This document shows, piece after piece, positions 50,916 through 64,000 of a stretch of DNA of 64,000 nucleotides. The stretch's first letter is position 1. Each line of letters starts with the position of its first letter. Source of the stretch: Octopus sinensis (taxonomy: Eukaryota); NCBI RefSeq assembly GCF_006345805.1, contig NC_043002.1, positions 93,930,001 through 93,994,000 on the forward strand, written 5' to 3'. Below the pieces are notes generated by a model. That model made no database searches. It was given only the letters and a program-made list of their open reading frames with translations, and was not told where the DNA came from. Position numbers and translations under genes: made by a program.

Positions 50916-53444
50916 TATTATTTGGAACAGAATATATTCTACAAAAGATTAGCAAAAAAATAAAAATAAAGAAAGAAACAAACAGAAAAAGGAAAAATAC
51001 TTCAATGCAACACCTAGAGCCTCAGTTGGTTGCACACCACAAGGTTCAATGGAACCTACTGAAGCAAACCAACATGCTGGCAGCATTACCACAGGCGATG
51101 GCGAGGCTAAGAATAATCATTAAGATATTTTGTATATTACAGAAGTATAACCAATTTATTGTAGACAAATTTTAACAATAAAATCTTCTATGGACCACTA
51201 ACAGCCATATTTACCTCAGTTGAGAAGTTCTGGTTTAGAGGCAGGTTTCTTGGTGTTTGATCTTGGGGTGATGTAATTGTGTATCTTTGTATGGGAAATA
51301 ATAGGAGGATGAAAGTCTGATATTGTCTGTGTGTGTTGTGGGATGGTTGATAGATATAATTTAAAGTGTAGATGAAAGGAAGGAGTCTTGTGACACTCCT
51401 TTTTGGGAAGTTTTAAATTTTAGATGAGTTGTTATATCTGTGATAGTTTATCACCCAATATTTTCAACAAAGATGTGTTAACTAAATGAGGAAACAGTAA
51501 TTGTCAGAAGTTGCTATACATATTGATTATCTCCCGATGAACTATAGACTATCTAGACATGAAAACAATTAGCTGTAAATAAGTGCAGTGAATCTATATA
51601 TATAGTAAATATACTGTATGATACACAAGTATTTCACTAGCTTAACACTGGACCGGATTGTGCAGTATTGGAACTAATGCTAATGGGAATTCTGAGTCAC
51701 ATAAAAAAATATTGTTGTACATTAAATGATTCTTATCAATTAATATTTATAAGTCACCGTCAAGATGGAATCTGTCCTAAATATTTAAAAGAAACTATAC
51801 AGTTTAATCTCATTCTTTCATGGTTTTATTATGTTGTAATTTATTTTTCCAAAAATAGATAGAAGCAGCACTGCAGTTTTAGCCTTGAAAAATGAAGATA
51901 AACAGGAAACTAATTAACCTGATAAACATTTCATTATCTATGATGTGAGCCATCTAATAATCAAATAACCCTATTATATTAGCCAGACAATGATTAACAG
52001 ATTTTAAAATTTCTTTTGTTCTTAATCATTTGATGGCAGTCATAAACGTAAGAAGTATTTTTGGGTCGGTTTCCATTTCATTAGCATTATTGATTCTGTC
52101 TTGCAGAAGACATTTGGCACCACTGATGCAGTTCTCAATGGATCAAGATGTTATTAGTTGGGAATTCTGCTTGGCTTCCTTAATATTGCTAATGTTCTTA
52201 TGAAAGAAATGAACTCGCAAAATTTGATTTCTCTTTCCTTTTAAAATAAAGAAACATTTTACGCTCAGCGAAAAGAATCTGTTGAGTGCCACAATGTGGC
52301 AACATAATGCATATCAGCATTTGGCTTAGTTTGCTTATTACTCTGAGTTCAAATCCTACTATGGTTGTTTGTTTATCATCCTTCTGGAAGTGACAAAGTA
52401 AGTGATAGTTAAGAATTGGGATTCAAACAGCTGCTCCCAGCATCAACATTATACCTTTACTGTAGATCTTTATTATCAAATTTATTGACAGAATCATTAG
52501 AGTATCAGAAAAATGCCTTGCAGTATTTCTTCTGGTCCTTTATGTTCTCAGTTGAAATTGTGCTATGATCAACTTTGCCTTTCATCTTTCCAAAGTTAAT
52601 AAATTAAAGTACCAGTGAAGTACTTAGTTGTCGCAATTGACTAAACCATCATACCAAATTTCTGGTCTTGTGCCTAAATTAGAAACAATTATTATTGTTT
52701 TCCTTTGATGTCACTTCATTTAATAATCCCTGCCAAATGTCAACAAGGTACCTGGGGTAGGTGTTGTCATGTAATGGTGGTATTTCAAGGCATAATTTAG
52801 CTATAAAAATGGTTAAAATTAGCTTAAGCTCAGTATATAGAGATAAAAAGGAATAAAAAGAAAGAAAAAAAGGATATATAAAAGAAGGGAATTCAATACT
52901 ATTTGGTTATAAAGGGATAAAAATTCATGTAAAATGTGAGCTGTGCTGTTGAGGACAGTGTTTTGAATTTCAAAGATGTTGGGTTTACGAGAGATGTTTT
53001 CAAGAAACTCATTTATACCTTTCTTTTTGAATCAAAGTGTGCCAATTACAACTGGGGTTGTTTGTGTCTTCAGTTTCCACATTCTGTTAATCTCAGTTCC
53101 TTGGACTTTATACTTCACAAGATTGTCATAATCTGTAATAGATATATTTTTGTCAGATGCGTACCTTTAACGTAGTTCTCGGGGAGATTCCACGTGACAC
53201 AGAATGTGACAAGGCTGACCCTTTGAATTTCAGACACAACACATTTTTGCCAGCTGAGTGGACTGGAGCAATGTGAAATAAAGTTCTTTGCTCAAAGACA
53301 CAATGAGCCACTGGGAATTGAACTCATGACCTTATGATCATAAGCCTAATATCCCTAACCACTAAGCCACATACCTTCACTCACTATTATACATTGCAGC
53401 AGAGGACACTGGTGTTCCCTTCTAAATATCTTGAAGCAATCATG

Positions 53445-53883
53445 GGATCTTTTCAGTTTGAACGGCAGTTTTTAACATAATTTCTAGGTAACTAAAAAAT
53501 TTTAAACTTCATATACTTGTAGAATGTGTTTATAAAACATCTTTTTCTCTTGGCTTTATTGAGAAAATTCTATAGTTTGTAAGATATTTTTTGTTTTTTT
53601 CCTTCAATTTCTGCAATTTCAACCAATCACTGACGTCCATTGAGGTAAAATACATTCTGTGCCGTATGAATATGTCCCTCGTTTAAGAAACAGATTGGGT
53701 TTATTTACATTTGTGAAGAAAAAAAGATACCCTTCTCCCCACCCCTAACTCTAACCCAAACCCTAACAAACCCTAACCCTAAAATAGATTGAAATGCAAT
53801 AGATCGATACTAGGGTCATAATTATGGGTGACAATTTCATATGACACTGCTAGAAAAAACTGCCGTTCAAACCGAAAAGATCC
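53445..53883. mobile_element. MITE, same GGATC-TIR family
   Basis: TIRs intact; TSD caatcatg at 53437-53444 and 53884-53891; expanded CCCTAA-like tract. Confidence 0.9.
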
Positions 53884-54393
53884 CAATCATGAATACAAAG
53901 CACTGTAGATGATGGTAAGGCTGATGCACTGAAACAAGTAACTACTTTCCTACATATTATTTTATATTTTATCTTTTACTTGTTTTAATCATACTAACTG
54001 CAGCCATGCTGGAGCACCACCTTGAAGGGTTTTTTTAGTCAAACAAACTGACCATAGAACTTATTCTATTGGTCTTTTTGCCGACTGCTAAGTTACAGGG
54101 ATGTAAACACACCAACACTGGTTGTCAAGCAGTGATGCAGGACACACACACACACACACACACATGATGGGCTTCTTTCAGTTTCCGACTACCATATCCA
54201 CTCACAAAGCTTTGGTTAGCCTGTGGCTATAGTTGAAGACACTTACTCAAGGCGCTATGCAGTGAGGCTGAACTTGGAACCAGCCAAAAAAAAAAAAAAG
54301 AAAAAAAAAATGGAAATGGTTTTATCTTGGCAAATATTTGGAATCATTTAAAAAAATTGGTGGGGGATTGGGGAAGATAACATACTGAATTTA

Positions 54394-54776
54394 GGAGAAG
54401 CACTCTGTCGGTTATGACGACAAGGGTTCCGGTTGATCCGAATCAACGGAACAGCCTGCTCGTGAAATTAACGTGTAAGTGGCTGAGCACTCCACAGACA
54501 CGTGTACCCTTAACGTAGTTCTCGGGGATATTCAGCGTGACACAGAGAGTGACAAGGCCGGCCCTTTGAAATACAGGTACAACAGAAACAGGAAGTAAGA
54601 GTGAAAGAAAGTTGTGGTGAAAGAATACAGCAGGGATCACCACCATCCCTGCCGGAGCCTCGTGGAGCTTTAGGTGTTTTCGCTCAATAAACACTCACAA
54701 CACCCGGTCTGGGAATCGAAACCGCGATCCTATGACCGCGAGTCCGCTGCCCTAACCACTGGGCCATTGCGCCTCC
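54394..54776 (-). mobile_element. tRNA-derived SINE family 2
   Basis: Head ggaggcgcaatggcccagtggttagggcagcggactc..ggtttcgattccc; 14-bp TSD acatactgaattta; other copies at 25159-25436 and 46235-46545. Confidence 0.85.
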
Positions 54777-56750
54777 ACATACTGAATTTATTCAATCAAC
54801 AGAAAACAAGTTGCAAGGATATGTAGAGTATGGAAAAAATTAGACTGGCCAAAACTTAGAAGATGCTGTAAAGAAGATATGATTAATATTTTGTGAAACT
54901 TTGTTCTTAGTGTTTCCTTGGGGTGTAGTGACTACAAACTTGAAATTGCTCGAATTGAAACCATACTAACAGCGTTTGTATTTTGTTTTGGGGCGAGACA
55001 AATAAGTTAGCTTGTCTAAGCGTGTCTGGCTTACAGCCAAGCTCTGAGCAAGGCACATAACTCTGTTTGCCTCAGTCTGTAAGACTCACAAAAGTTTGAC
55101 AGTTACTGCATGACTGTTTCAACCAGCTTTAATAGTAACCTCAAGATATAGGTAGACAAAAATACATTTTTGGAGACAGTCTTTCAATTATTTAGTGTGA
55201 GAAAATAACATGGTAGACCCTCTTATTACAAAAACCTCAACTTACAAATACCCTGTCCAAAAGCAAAAAAAAAAAAAAGCCTATACTCTTACTCTTTTAC
55301 TTGTTTCAGTCATTTGACTGCTGCCATGCTGGAGCACCACCTTTAGTCGAGCAAATCGACCCCAGGACTTATTCTTTGTAAGCCCAGTCCTTATTCTATC
55401 GGTCTCTTTTGCCGAACCGCTAAGTGACGGGGACGTAAACACACCAGCATCGGTTGTCAAGCAATGCTAGGGGGACAAACACAGACACACAAACACACAC
55501 ATACATATATATATATATACATATATACGACAGGCTTCTTTCAGTTTCCGTCTACCAAATCCTATGTTAATAATTCCATTCATAAAAGCTATAACCGAAA
55601 ATCTTATGAGATGTTATTTGATTAATTAAAGAAAGCACCTTTCACATACAACAGAAACACAGTTATATATAGTTCAAATTTACAGAAAACAAAAGACAAA
55701 GACAGGTGAAGGAACAACAAGCAGGTGTATTAGTTTAATGCTCAGGAAGAATGGAAATGTCTTTGACGTTTTGAACCTATTCTCTTTGACAGAAAGAAAG
55801 GATTAAGAAAGAAAAAAAAAATGAAGAGAGAATGTAAAAAATTGAAGAGAGAAAAAGCGTGTAGGGATTAAAAGTTGAACATGACCATCTACTCATGACT
55901 AAAGAAGACAATCACCGACCATTGCACATGCAAAATACCAGTAATGCTTGTGCATAAGGTTATTGCACCAGCAATCAGCTTCACCTGTGTTTACATCTGC
56001 AGCTTCCATGCTCACTGTGGTGCTCTCCTACTTGACTGGACATTGGATAGTTGCCTTGCTGGTGATTGCATAGCCTGAAATTTTAACTCCAATAAGGCTT
56101 GTACTATACTCTACTAAGATTATCAAGAGACAAACCAGAGCAAGATAACAAGTGCCGTTATGGGTTGCAGGCTCAGGAATGTGAGAGAGTCATGATCTCA
56201 AGTGCAAGCAAAAGATGTTCAATGCCATTCCTTGCATATCTGGCTTTGTATCAGAGTGGCCTTCTCCTAGAGACATGCTTTTACAAAAGCTGGGAGGTGC
56301 CTCACTCCCAATGGTCTTCCAGCATGCCAGACACCAACCTAGAATTTCTGAAGGCCCATGCTATTGATAGATAATCATTTAACCTACACTAAGTTCATCT
56401 GTCCTTTTGACAGGTCTTGTTTTTTATCCTGCTGGGGTTCTAGCAACCTTCTTCATCAGGCAACAGGTTGCAATCTGACCATACAACATGTTGCACTAGA
56501 TTCCATTTTACCAGTAGCACTCATGAGAGACTTCACAAGTGACACAACATTTCAACATCTGACATGTTGCACACTTGTGCACCTGCACAGCTAATGTAGA
56601 TTTCATGGAGGGATTTCATGAAGTATTTGATCACAATAAATAAATTATTTGTGTAGGTTGTTCAGCTTTTGCTGAACACTCATACATCATCTTCGGTGGG
56701 AAAGTCCATATATATTTATACTTAGATAAAGATAGTTATGACTGGTCTAT

Positions 56751-56808
56751 GGGGCTACCCAGGGTTTTGCTTCCATAAAGTACTTAGCTTTATGTCTCAT
56801 TAGACCCT
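56751..56808 (-). ncRNA. Decayed hammerhead motif
   Basis: gggt-CTAATGA-ga-cataaag-ctaagta-ctttatg-gaagc-AAAACCCTGGGTA-gccc; two G-to-A core changes, stems retained. Confidence 0.45.
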
Positions 56809-57686
56809 AATGGCTTGTGACCTACAACTTCTCTTTAAAGAGGAGGAATAAAAGACCGCTTTAGATGTTGAGCACACAGACAAAATCGATAATAGGGCTC
56901 TTGGAAGGGATCCTTATATATATCTAATATATTTTAGTTTAACAGCCAAGGGAAATAACCCATTCGCCCCTGGAAGGGATTTTTATATATAACTAATATA
57001 TTTAATTTTAACAGCCATGGGAAATAACCCATTCAGTTTCCTAAATTATTTGGTATAAATCAAATTGAGTATGCTTATTTCTTCGTATTTGAACTGTTAG
57101 AGTTATTTTCACAATTTATCCAGTATAACCCTTAAACAAGTAAATAGTATTTTCCTAAGCAATAGATCCACTTATTTCAGTTAGTGACTTATTCACGAAT
57201 ATACCAACTCTAGTGCTGCTGAGGGTAATATTCTCTGGGAACGCACAAAAGCCCTTTTCAGAGTTATTTACTTTGAATTGTCATTATCTCATATTTGATT
57301 AGCCTGTTATGTAACATGCTTAATGATTTTAGTGTACATACCTTATTAGTATTACCTCTTAAGTTCTATATACTTTGGGGATGCATTAAAAACCCTTTTT
57401 GGGCTACTTTATTTGAATTCTTACTATCAGGTAACTAATTTCATATTATTACATAACTGACTTCACAATTTGGGTATTCATAACTTATTGGGAATTCCTA
57501 AACACAAGATCCTGTGTAAGACAGTTCGGTATTCTCTGTAAATGCAAAAAAAAAAAAAAAAACTGTTTTAAGGGCTACATACTTTGTATGAGAATAGAAC
57601 CAAGGGCTACATATTTGTATGAGAATAGAACCAAAGGATAAGCCCTGCTTTCCTGGGAATTACCGGGTACATCAGCTACTATATAT

Positions 57687-58428
57687 ATCATCATCATCAT
57701 CATCATCGTTTAGCGTCCGTTTTCCATGCTAGCATGGGTTGGACGGGTCAACTGGGGTCTGTGAAGCTGGAAGGCTTCGTCAGGCCCAGTCAGATCTGGC
57801 AGTGTTTCTACGGCTGGATGCCCTTCCTAACGCCAACCACTCCGCGAGTGTAGTGGGTGTTTTTCACGTGCCACCTGCACAGGTGCCAGACAGAGCTGGC
57901 GAACGGCCACGAACGGATGGTGCTTTTACGTGTCACCGGCACGGGGCCAGGTGATGCTGGCAACGGACACGAACGGATGGTGCTTTTACGTGCCACCGAC
58001 ACGGGGCCAGCAGAGCTGGCAACCGGCCACGAACGGACGGTGCTTTTACGTGTCACCGGCACGGGGGCCAGCCGAGGCTGGCAACGGACACGAACGGATG
58101 GTGCTTTTACGTGCCACCGACACGGGGCCAGACAGAGCTGGCAAACGGCCACGAACGGATGGTGCTTTTACGTGTCACCGGCACGGGGGCCAGCCGAGGC
58201 TGGCAACGGACGCGAACAGATGGTGCTTTTACGTGCCACCGACACGGTTGCCAGACAGAGCTGGCAAACGGCCACGAGCGGACGGTGCTTTTACGTGTCA
58301 CCGGCACGGGGGCCAGCCGAGGCTGGCAACGGACACGGACGGATGGTGTTTTTACGTGCCACCGACATGGGGCCAGACAGAGCTGGCCAACGGCCACGAA
58401 CGGACGGTGCTTTTACGTGTCACCGGCA
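57687..58428 (-). mobile_element. RTE 3' UTR fragment with a ~61-bp tandem array
   Basis: (ATC)n tail, terminal module, then ten ttttacgtg(c/t)cacc-type motifs at 60-62 bp spacing. Confidence 0.88.
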
Positions 58429-58787
58429 TACTCGTATCTTGTATATATATATACGATGGGCTTCTTTCAGTTTCTATCTACTTGCTCCGGACTGAAGCCG
58501 GAACCATATGGTTGGGAAGCAAGCTTCCTATCACACAGCCTATGTCAGTATTATTTTCATTTTTATTCTTTTCTTTTACTTGTTTCAGTCATTTGACTGT
58601 GGCCATGTTGAGTAAATCGACCCCACTGCTTATTCTTTTGTAAGCCTAGCACTTATTCTATCGTTATCTTTTGCTGAACTGCTAAGTTATGGGGATGTAA
58701 ACACACCAACATCGGTTCTCAAACGATGGTGAGGGGACAAACACAAACACACCAACATACATACATATATATATATATACATATAAT

Positions 58788-58868
<81 letters not shown>

Positions 58869-59349
58869 ATATAATATATATATATATATGCGACGGGCTT
58901 CTTTCAGTTTCCGTTTACCAAATCCACTCACAAGGCTTTGGTCGGCCCGAGGCTATAGTAGAAAAACGCTTGCCCAAGGTGTCACGCAGTGGGACTGAAC
59001 CCGGAACTATGTGATTGGTAAGCATGTTAATTCCCACTTAGCCACTCCGTTATTTGGACAATTTATTCACTGCACCTTGTACATACACACGCACACATGA
59101 AGCTATTGATATATTTGACATGAGATCATTCAGTTAGTCATTCTATTATCAATACAATACCACATGATTTTTTAGCTTTAAGTGCTTTTACCCCAGTCAT
59201 TAAAAAAAGTTAAATATTTCACAGTGTAACGGCAAAATTTCACCCCATTTCTATTAAACTGATTATATTATACTATCACACTAAATAAATTTACTAATAG
59301 TAGTGATAGTAGTAGTAGTATCAATTATAATAATCTTGAGCAGATTCGT

Positions 59350-60480
59350 CAACAGTTCAATTTAGTTCATAGTAGCGGCTGTCGTTGTAGCAGTGGAGGG
59401 GTTGAATAAAAACTTCGACTTCAGCCGAGGCCATCATTACTCCCATCCTGTTTCTTGTTTCAGCAATCGCTTCCATACATTTATAGTTAGTCTAGTTTTG
59501 TACAAGCGTCACGCATACTCGTATCTTGTTTAGTAAATAGTGTATTGATGTCTAAAACACCTTATATTTTTTCTTCTGGTTACTTACTTAAATTATTTTA
59601 CGTCTCTTTGCCTTGTTTCGCCTCCGAACCAAGAATATTACCAGCACAAAGTGAGTATTTATTGATATCGGTTCTTTCCTTCGCGTCGTCGTATTTACCA
59701 TTTTATTATTAATTTTTTTTTGTGAATATCTCATATGTTAATCTCTCTTTCTCGTAATTACATAAGTAATTTAATTTTGTTAGTGTATTTCTAACTAAAG
59801 TACCTTAACTTATAATTCCATATTTTCAATACAGAGACAAAAGTATGTGTATGAAGCTATTTTAAATATAATTATATCGTGGTGTTGTTTTCTACAAGTT
59901 CACTGTTTGTATATCTTCGCACACGTATATAGTGTTTAAATTTTCTCTTGTATTTTTATTTGTATTTTGATGTGGAAAGCAATTTTTGCCGTCTTTAAAT
60001 GAATGAACGAAAACCGCCTTGAAATACACGTGTACGTACATGCGCTAATACTTTATTCGTTCGATCGCTTCTACTCAACGATAAATGTTTACTAAATATT
60101 TTAGTCCGTTGTTCGGATGTGGTCGCAGAGTAAGCAAAGATAGTTGTGTGGACGGAGCGGAATGTCGTCCTACATATCAACCTCTCGGGCCTATGGTTAG
60201 AGGTGAAGGCGGATACCTCGTTTTATGCGAGTTGTCCTGTCCTGTAAAAACAATTAAGTAGCCACTTGTTTCATGGAACGTTTTGGATGGCATGCTTGTA
60301 TTAATAATTAGATTAGAATGAGTTTATTTTGCGATGTGAGTTTACGATGATTTGGCTATAAAAGTATGTCAGATTGAAGCATCTAATTGTAGTATTTCGC
60401 AGTAGATTGTTATGGGACAGAGCCCAAAAATAACATGTCGGCGATTTGAAGGAGGATGAAAATCGCTGATGCATTGTTAT
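59350..60480. promoter_or_regulatory. CpG-enriched non-repetitive region, candidate promoter / non-coding first exon
   Basis: Many CpGs compared with flanks, no match to other repeats in the window, donor-like aaa|GTGAGT at 59651 (+) and taa|GTAAGT at 59587 (-). Confidence 0.4.
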
Positions 60481-60725
60481 TCTATTTTACTAGTTTCTAA
60501 ACTGTTTAATATTCGCCTCTTACGGATCTTGTACCAAATAAAGAAATCTTTATAACACCCCCGTTTATAGTGGCCTGATCAAACTGTCATACTGATAATG
60601 TCATTTTTGTTTCTCATTCGAAACTCTGCTAAGCATCTCGAACCCGGTATTATATATATATATATATATATATATAATCTGTATGTATGTATGAACTTTC
60701 TGTGGACAAGGCTGCGTGGCGTTCG

Positions 60726-60771
<46 letters not shown>

Positions 60772-62414
60772 TTTAAACTGGGTGTCTGTGCATTCGTTAA
60801 ACTTTTGACAAGCCCATGCATATGATTTCTATTCTTCGTTGATAGAAATTAACTTATTTCCGTTATCACACTTTGACTCTCCTAAAACTTACAGGACCTT
60901 CTTTTAGCTGGTACAAAAAAAAACAAATAAAATTCCTAGTCCCTCTCCCCGAAAAAATACAAAGAAAACATGATTATAACTAATAAATTATTCGTTTAAT
61001 TTACGAATATTGTATTTCAGTTGATTTATGCTTCCTCTTCAATTATCTTTGTTCGTTTGAGCAGGAATTTTAAAACCTTCTTCTAATCTAAAATATATTT
61101 ATTCTTTAACCATACCGTCTTTAGAAGGGTCTTTGGTTACTTGTTTTGAACAAGAGATTCAGAATCTGAAAAATAAATAAAAGAAATGAGGTTTAAAAGT
61201 GCACTTTAAACAAATATGACCAATTACTGTATGTAAATTATTAAATATATTAGAATATAGTTTTCTATCCTTGCTTTACTTCTTTAGTTGCTTTAATTTC
61301 GTTTAATTATCGTTTTTACGTTTGTTATTTTTCATGCGTGCATGGGTTGGACGAGACTTGTTGCTTATTATCCAAAGGCTAGGTGCTCTTGCTGATTCCA
61401 ACACTACAACAATTTCATTCTAAATCTTTGTAACTCGAACAGCAGAGGCCTTGAACTTTTATTTTTGCTTACGTAGGACTAAACATCACCTCTGTTGAAG
61501 TGGTGTCAGCTGGAAGTGGTTCCACTCGCAAGTATTGATCAATCAAAAGCTATGATAGAAGACACTCTCCCAAAGTGCCATGCTATGTGATTGAACATGA
61601 ATGCAAGTGATTTGAAGCAAACTTCGTCACAGCTATCTTATGCAAGACCAAATTAGTGTTGCCTAGCAGTAGATATTAAAACACACAGGCATTCATTTTT
61701 AATCAAAAGAAAAACTTTTTATCAACTAATGGTACAATTAACTCAAATTGCATAATATAAAAGAAATATTGTTTCTGTCTTTCTAAGTGTCAAAAATTAT
61801 TTAACACGTTCACTACATGCATATTGCCATGCTTTTGCACAATATATAATATTGCCATTATTGTATAGTCAGGTTTTACCCATCATACTCTCCAGACTTG
61901 TCTCAATTCATCTGAAGCTGCTAGAAATGTGTTCTATAGAATGTGGTGTAGCAGGAATAGTTGCCAAAATACCAACCATTTTGTTGAAGACTGGCATTGC
62001 ATAATGGTTTTAATTTTTGGCTCAAGGCCAGCAACTTTGGGGTGGGGGTGTGAGTTGATTACATTGACCTCAGTATTCAACTGGTACTTGTTTTATCGAC
62101 CTTTAAAGGATGAAAAATAAAGTTGACCGTGGTAGAATTTGAACTCAGACTGTAACATAAATGAAAATTGTTCTTGTAAACAATTTCAACACCACTGTCT
62201 GAAGTTGCCTGAGAATCTGATGGATGTATGATAGTCTGTAACAAATCGTGTTTAGATTGCCTTTTCTGCCTTCAGATCTATATCAACACCATATGATGAT
62301 GCAACAAGTTGATATTGCTCATCAGGTAATTAAGGATAATATAACAATGAGTACTGACTATGTTTTGGTTATTGCCATTAAAATGCAATTCCATTTCTTC
62401 AAAAATCTTATTCA

Positions 62415-62812
62415 GACGCAGGAGTGGCTGTGTGGTAAGTAGCTTGTTTACCAACCACATGGTTCTGGGTTCATTCCCACTGCATGGCACCTTGGGCAAG
62501 TGTCTTCTGCTATAGCCTTGGGCTGACCAAAGCCTTGTGAGTGGATTTGGTAGACGGAAACTGAAAGAAGCCCGTCGTATATATGTATATATATGTATAT
62601 GTGTGTATATATTTGTGTGTCTGTGCTTGTCCCCCAACATCGCTTGACAACTGATACTGGTGTGTTTACCTCCCCAGAACTTAGCGGTTCAGTAAAAAAG
62701 ACCGATAGAATAAGTACTAGGCTTACAAAGAATAAGTCCTGGGGTCGATTTGCTCGACTAAAGGCGGTGCTCCAGCATGGCCACAGTCAAATGACTGAAA
62801 CAAGTAAAAGAG
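62415..62812 (+). mobile_element. tRNA-derived SINE family 1, full-length copy
   Basis: A/B-box-like head ggagtggctgtgtggtaag..gggttcattccc, central microsatellite, 3' gactgaaacaagtaaaagag; further copies at ~170-520, 8770-9140, 45400-46200, 46850-47215, 53970-54285, 55285-55560, 58570-59050. Confidence 0.82.
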
Positions 62813-63167
62813 TCAGTGATGGCAGCCTTTGTTAGTTCGATACAGTGGAACTTCTTCCTTGGATCAGAATCATGTACTTGGAATGATGTCTGTGACAGTT
62901 TATTTTCACTTAACTTTTCAGTACATTTCCAATTATAAAAGTTTTCATGTCTAGTTAATAAGAGTTTTCTTTGTTGTAGTTGTTCATCTCGCTGTTGTAA
63001 CATCCAGTCTTTCCCTACAGGTATTTGCTGTGGCTGTCTGTCTTTAACAATGTTATTTTAATTGCAAACAATGCAACTAAGAAGTCAAAATCTTGTAAGA
63101 CATTCAATAATGTACAATTGTCTTTTTATGTCTTAGGTCTTGGTCATTTCAAGCAATGCTTTTATTA

Positions 63168-63696
63168 TCTTTATATATAAAAGTGAAGTTGTGTGTCTGT
63201 CTCCTACGATTTAGATTCCTAACTACTCCCACATTTTGCGGTGCAGTTTAACCAAAACCGGGTATCTTATAGTCGTGATTCATATCAAGCCCTTCTGGGT
63301 ATTAGCGCGCGTCTACGATGATGAGTCTACGATTTAAAAAGTAATTTACCATCATTTTTTTCCATTTTGCGGTGCAGTTTAACCAAAACCGGGTATCTTA
63401 TAGTCGTGATTCATATCGAGCCCTTCTGGGTATTAGCGCGCGTCTACGATGAGTCTATGATTTTAAAAATAATTTACCATAATTTTTTTCCATTTTAATG
63501 CATTTTTCGCTATTATATAAGGGAAGTAACTCTCTAAAAATGTCTTCGATGAGTCAATGATTTAAAAAAAAAATTACCATAATTTTTTTTTCCATTTTTA
63601 ATGCATTTTTTTGCTATTTTTTGGCTATAACTCTCTAAAAATGCTTATATAGTTATTTCCCTTACAAACCCGAGCAACGCCGGGCGATACTGCTAG
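63168..63696 (+). mobile_element. Non-autonomous Helitron (same family) with internal duplication
   Basis: a|TCtttatatataaaag..cccgagcaacgccggg..ctgCTAG|t; internal ~135-bp segment duplicated; interrupts a hAT remnant. Confidence 0.9.
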
Positions 63697-64000
63697 TATG
63701 AGATAAACGCTTTTACTTTACCATATCTACAAGACCATCTTGTTACTTGAACTTTCACTGACCATGATTCTTTCAGAGCGCATGTTGTTTGGTACTGTAC
63801 TCTAGAAAGTTGTAGAAGCTCTAAGTAGTTCCTAAAGGATTGCAGGAGTGGGGTGTATGTGTTCAACATCCTGCTTTTGTATCTTGGCTACCAAGATTTT
63901 GGAGGTTCCCGTAACAATGGACATAGAGAAGAAGTAGGGAAGACTCCTTTATTTTTGTTGCCAAACCACTCTGAACATTCCTCACATTTGCTGCTCCATC

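Larger units (their letters stand above)
61850..64000 (-). pseudogene. Decayed hAT transposase (ZMYM1/Tip100-like), interrupted by SINEs and a Helitron, continuing beyond window end
   Basis: DGAANVRNVQSGLATKIK..YVHCYGNLQNL (~63.9 kb), VTRWSCRY (~63.74 kb), LQDFDFLVAL..DSHSKYL* (~63.05 kb), LNKIFEEMELHF (~62.4 kb), GILATIPATPHSIE..SMMG hATC-like tail (~61.9 kb). Confidence 0.8.

Noticed and set aside
53740-53785. Telomeric repeats as a chromosome end or fusion site
   Set aside because: Short, degenerate and internal to a multi-copy MITE
57860-58428. CRISPR-like look of palindromic repeats with spacers (also 39977-41244)
   Set aside because: Spacers are homologous to each other, arrays lie in LINE 3' UTRs ending in (GAT)n, no cas genes, eukaryotic context

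Overview
AT-rich, microsatellite-rich animal genomic DNA. The SINE and RTE repeat complement points to an octopus or other cephalopod (inference). The only clear host gene is the 5' part of CCT6 (TCP-1 zeta chaperonin subunit) on the minus strand: 8 coding exons from the ATG at 22363 down to 1330, all GT-AG, running off the left edge. A perfect heat-shock element lies in its intron 1. The rest is transposon-dense: many RTE-clade LINE copies whose 3' UTRs carry variable hairpin-rich tandem arrays, three tRNA-type SINE families, Helitrons, piggyBac-type and Merlin-like MITEs, decayed piggyBac, mariner and hAT transposases, a CR1 fragment and several Penelope-type minimal hammerhead ribozymes. 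The most unusual structure is 28.5-34.3 kb. There a Penelope-like GIY-YIG endonuclease ORF with its own ATG but no reverse transcriptase has its ~220-bp 5' leader recurring in inverted orientation at the head of a CpG-rich 2.05-kb unit, and that unit is tandemly duplicated, all within (TA)n tracts. A CpG-rich candidate promoter or first exon lies near 59.4-60.5 kb. Repeat boundaries were read by eye and are approximate unless a TSD or terminus is quoted.
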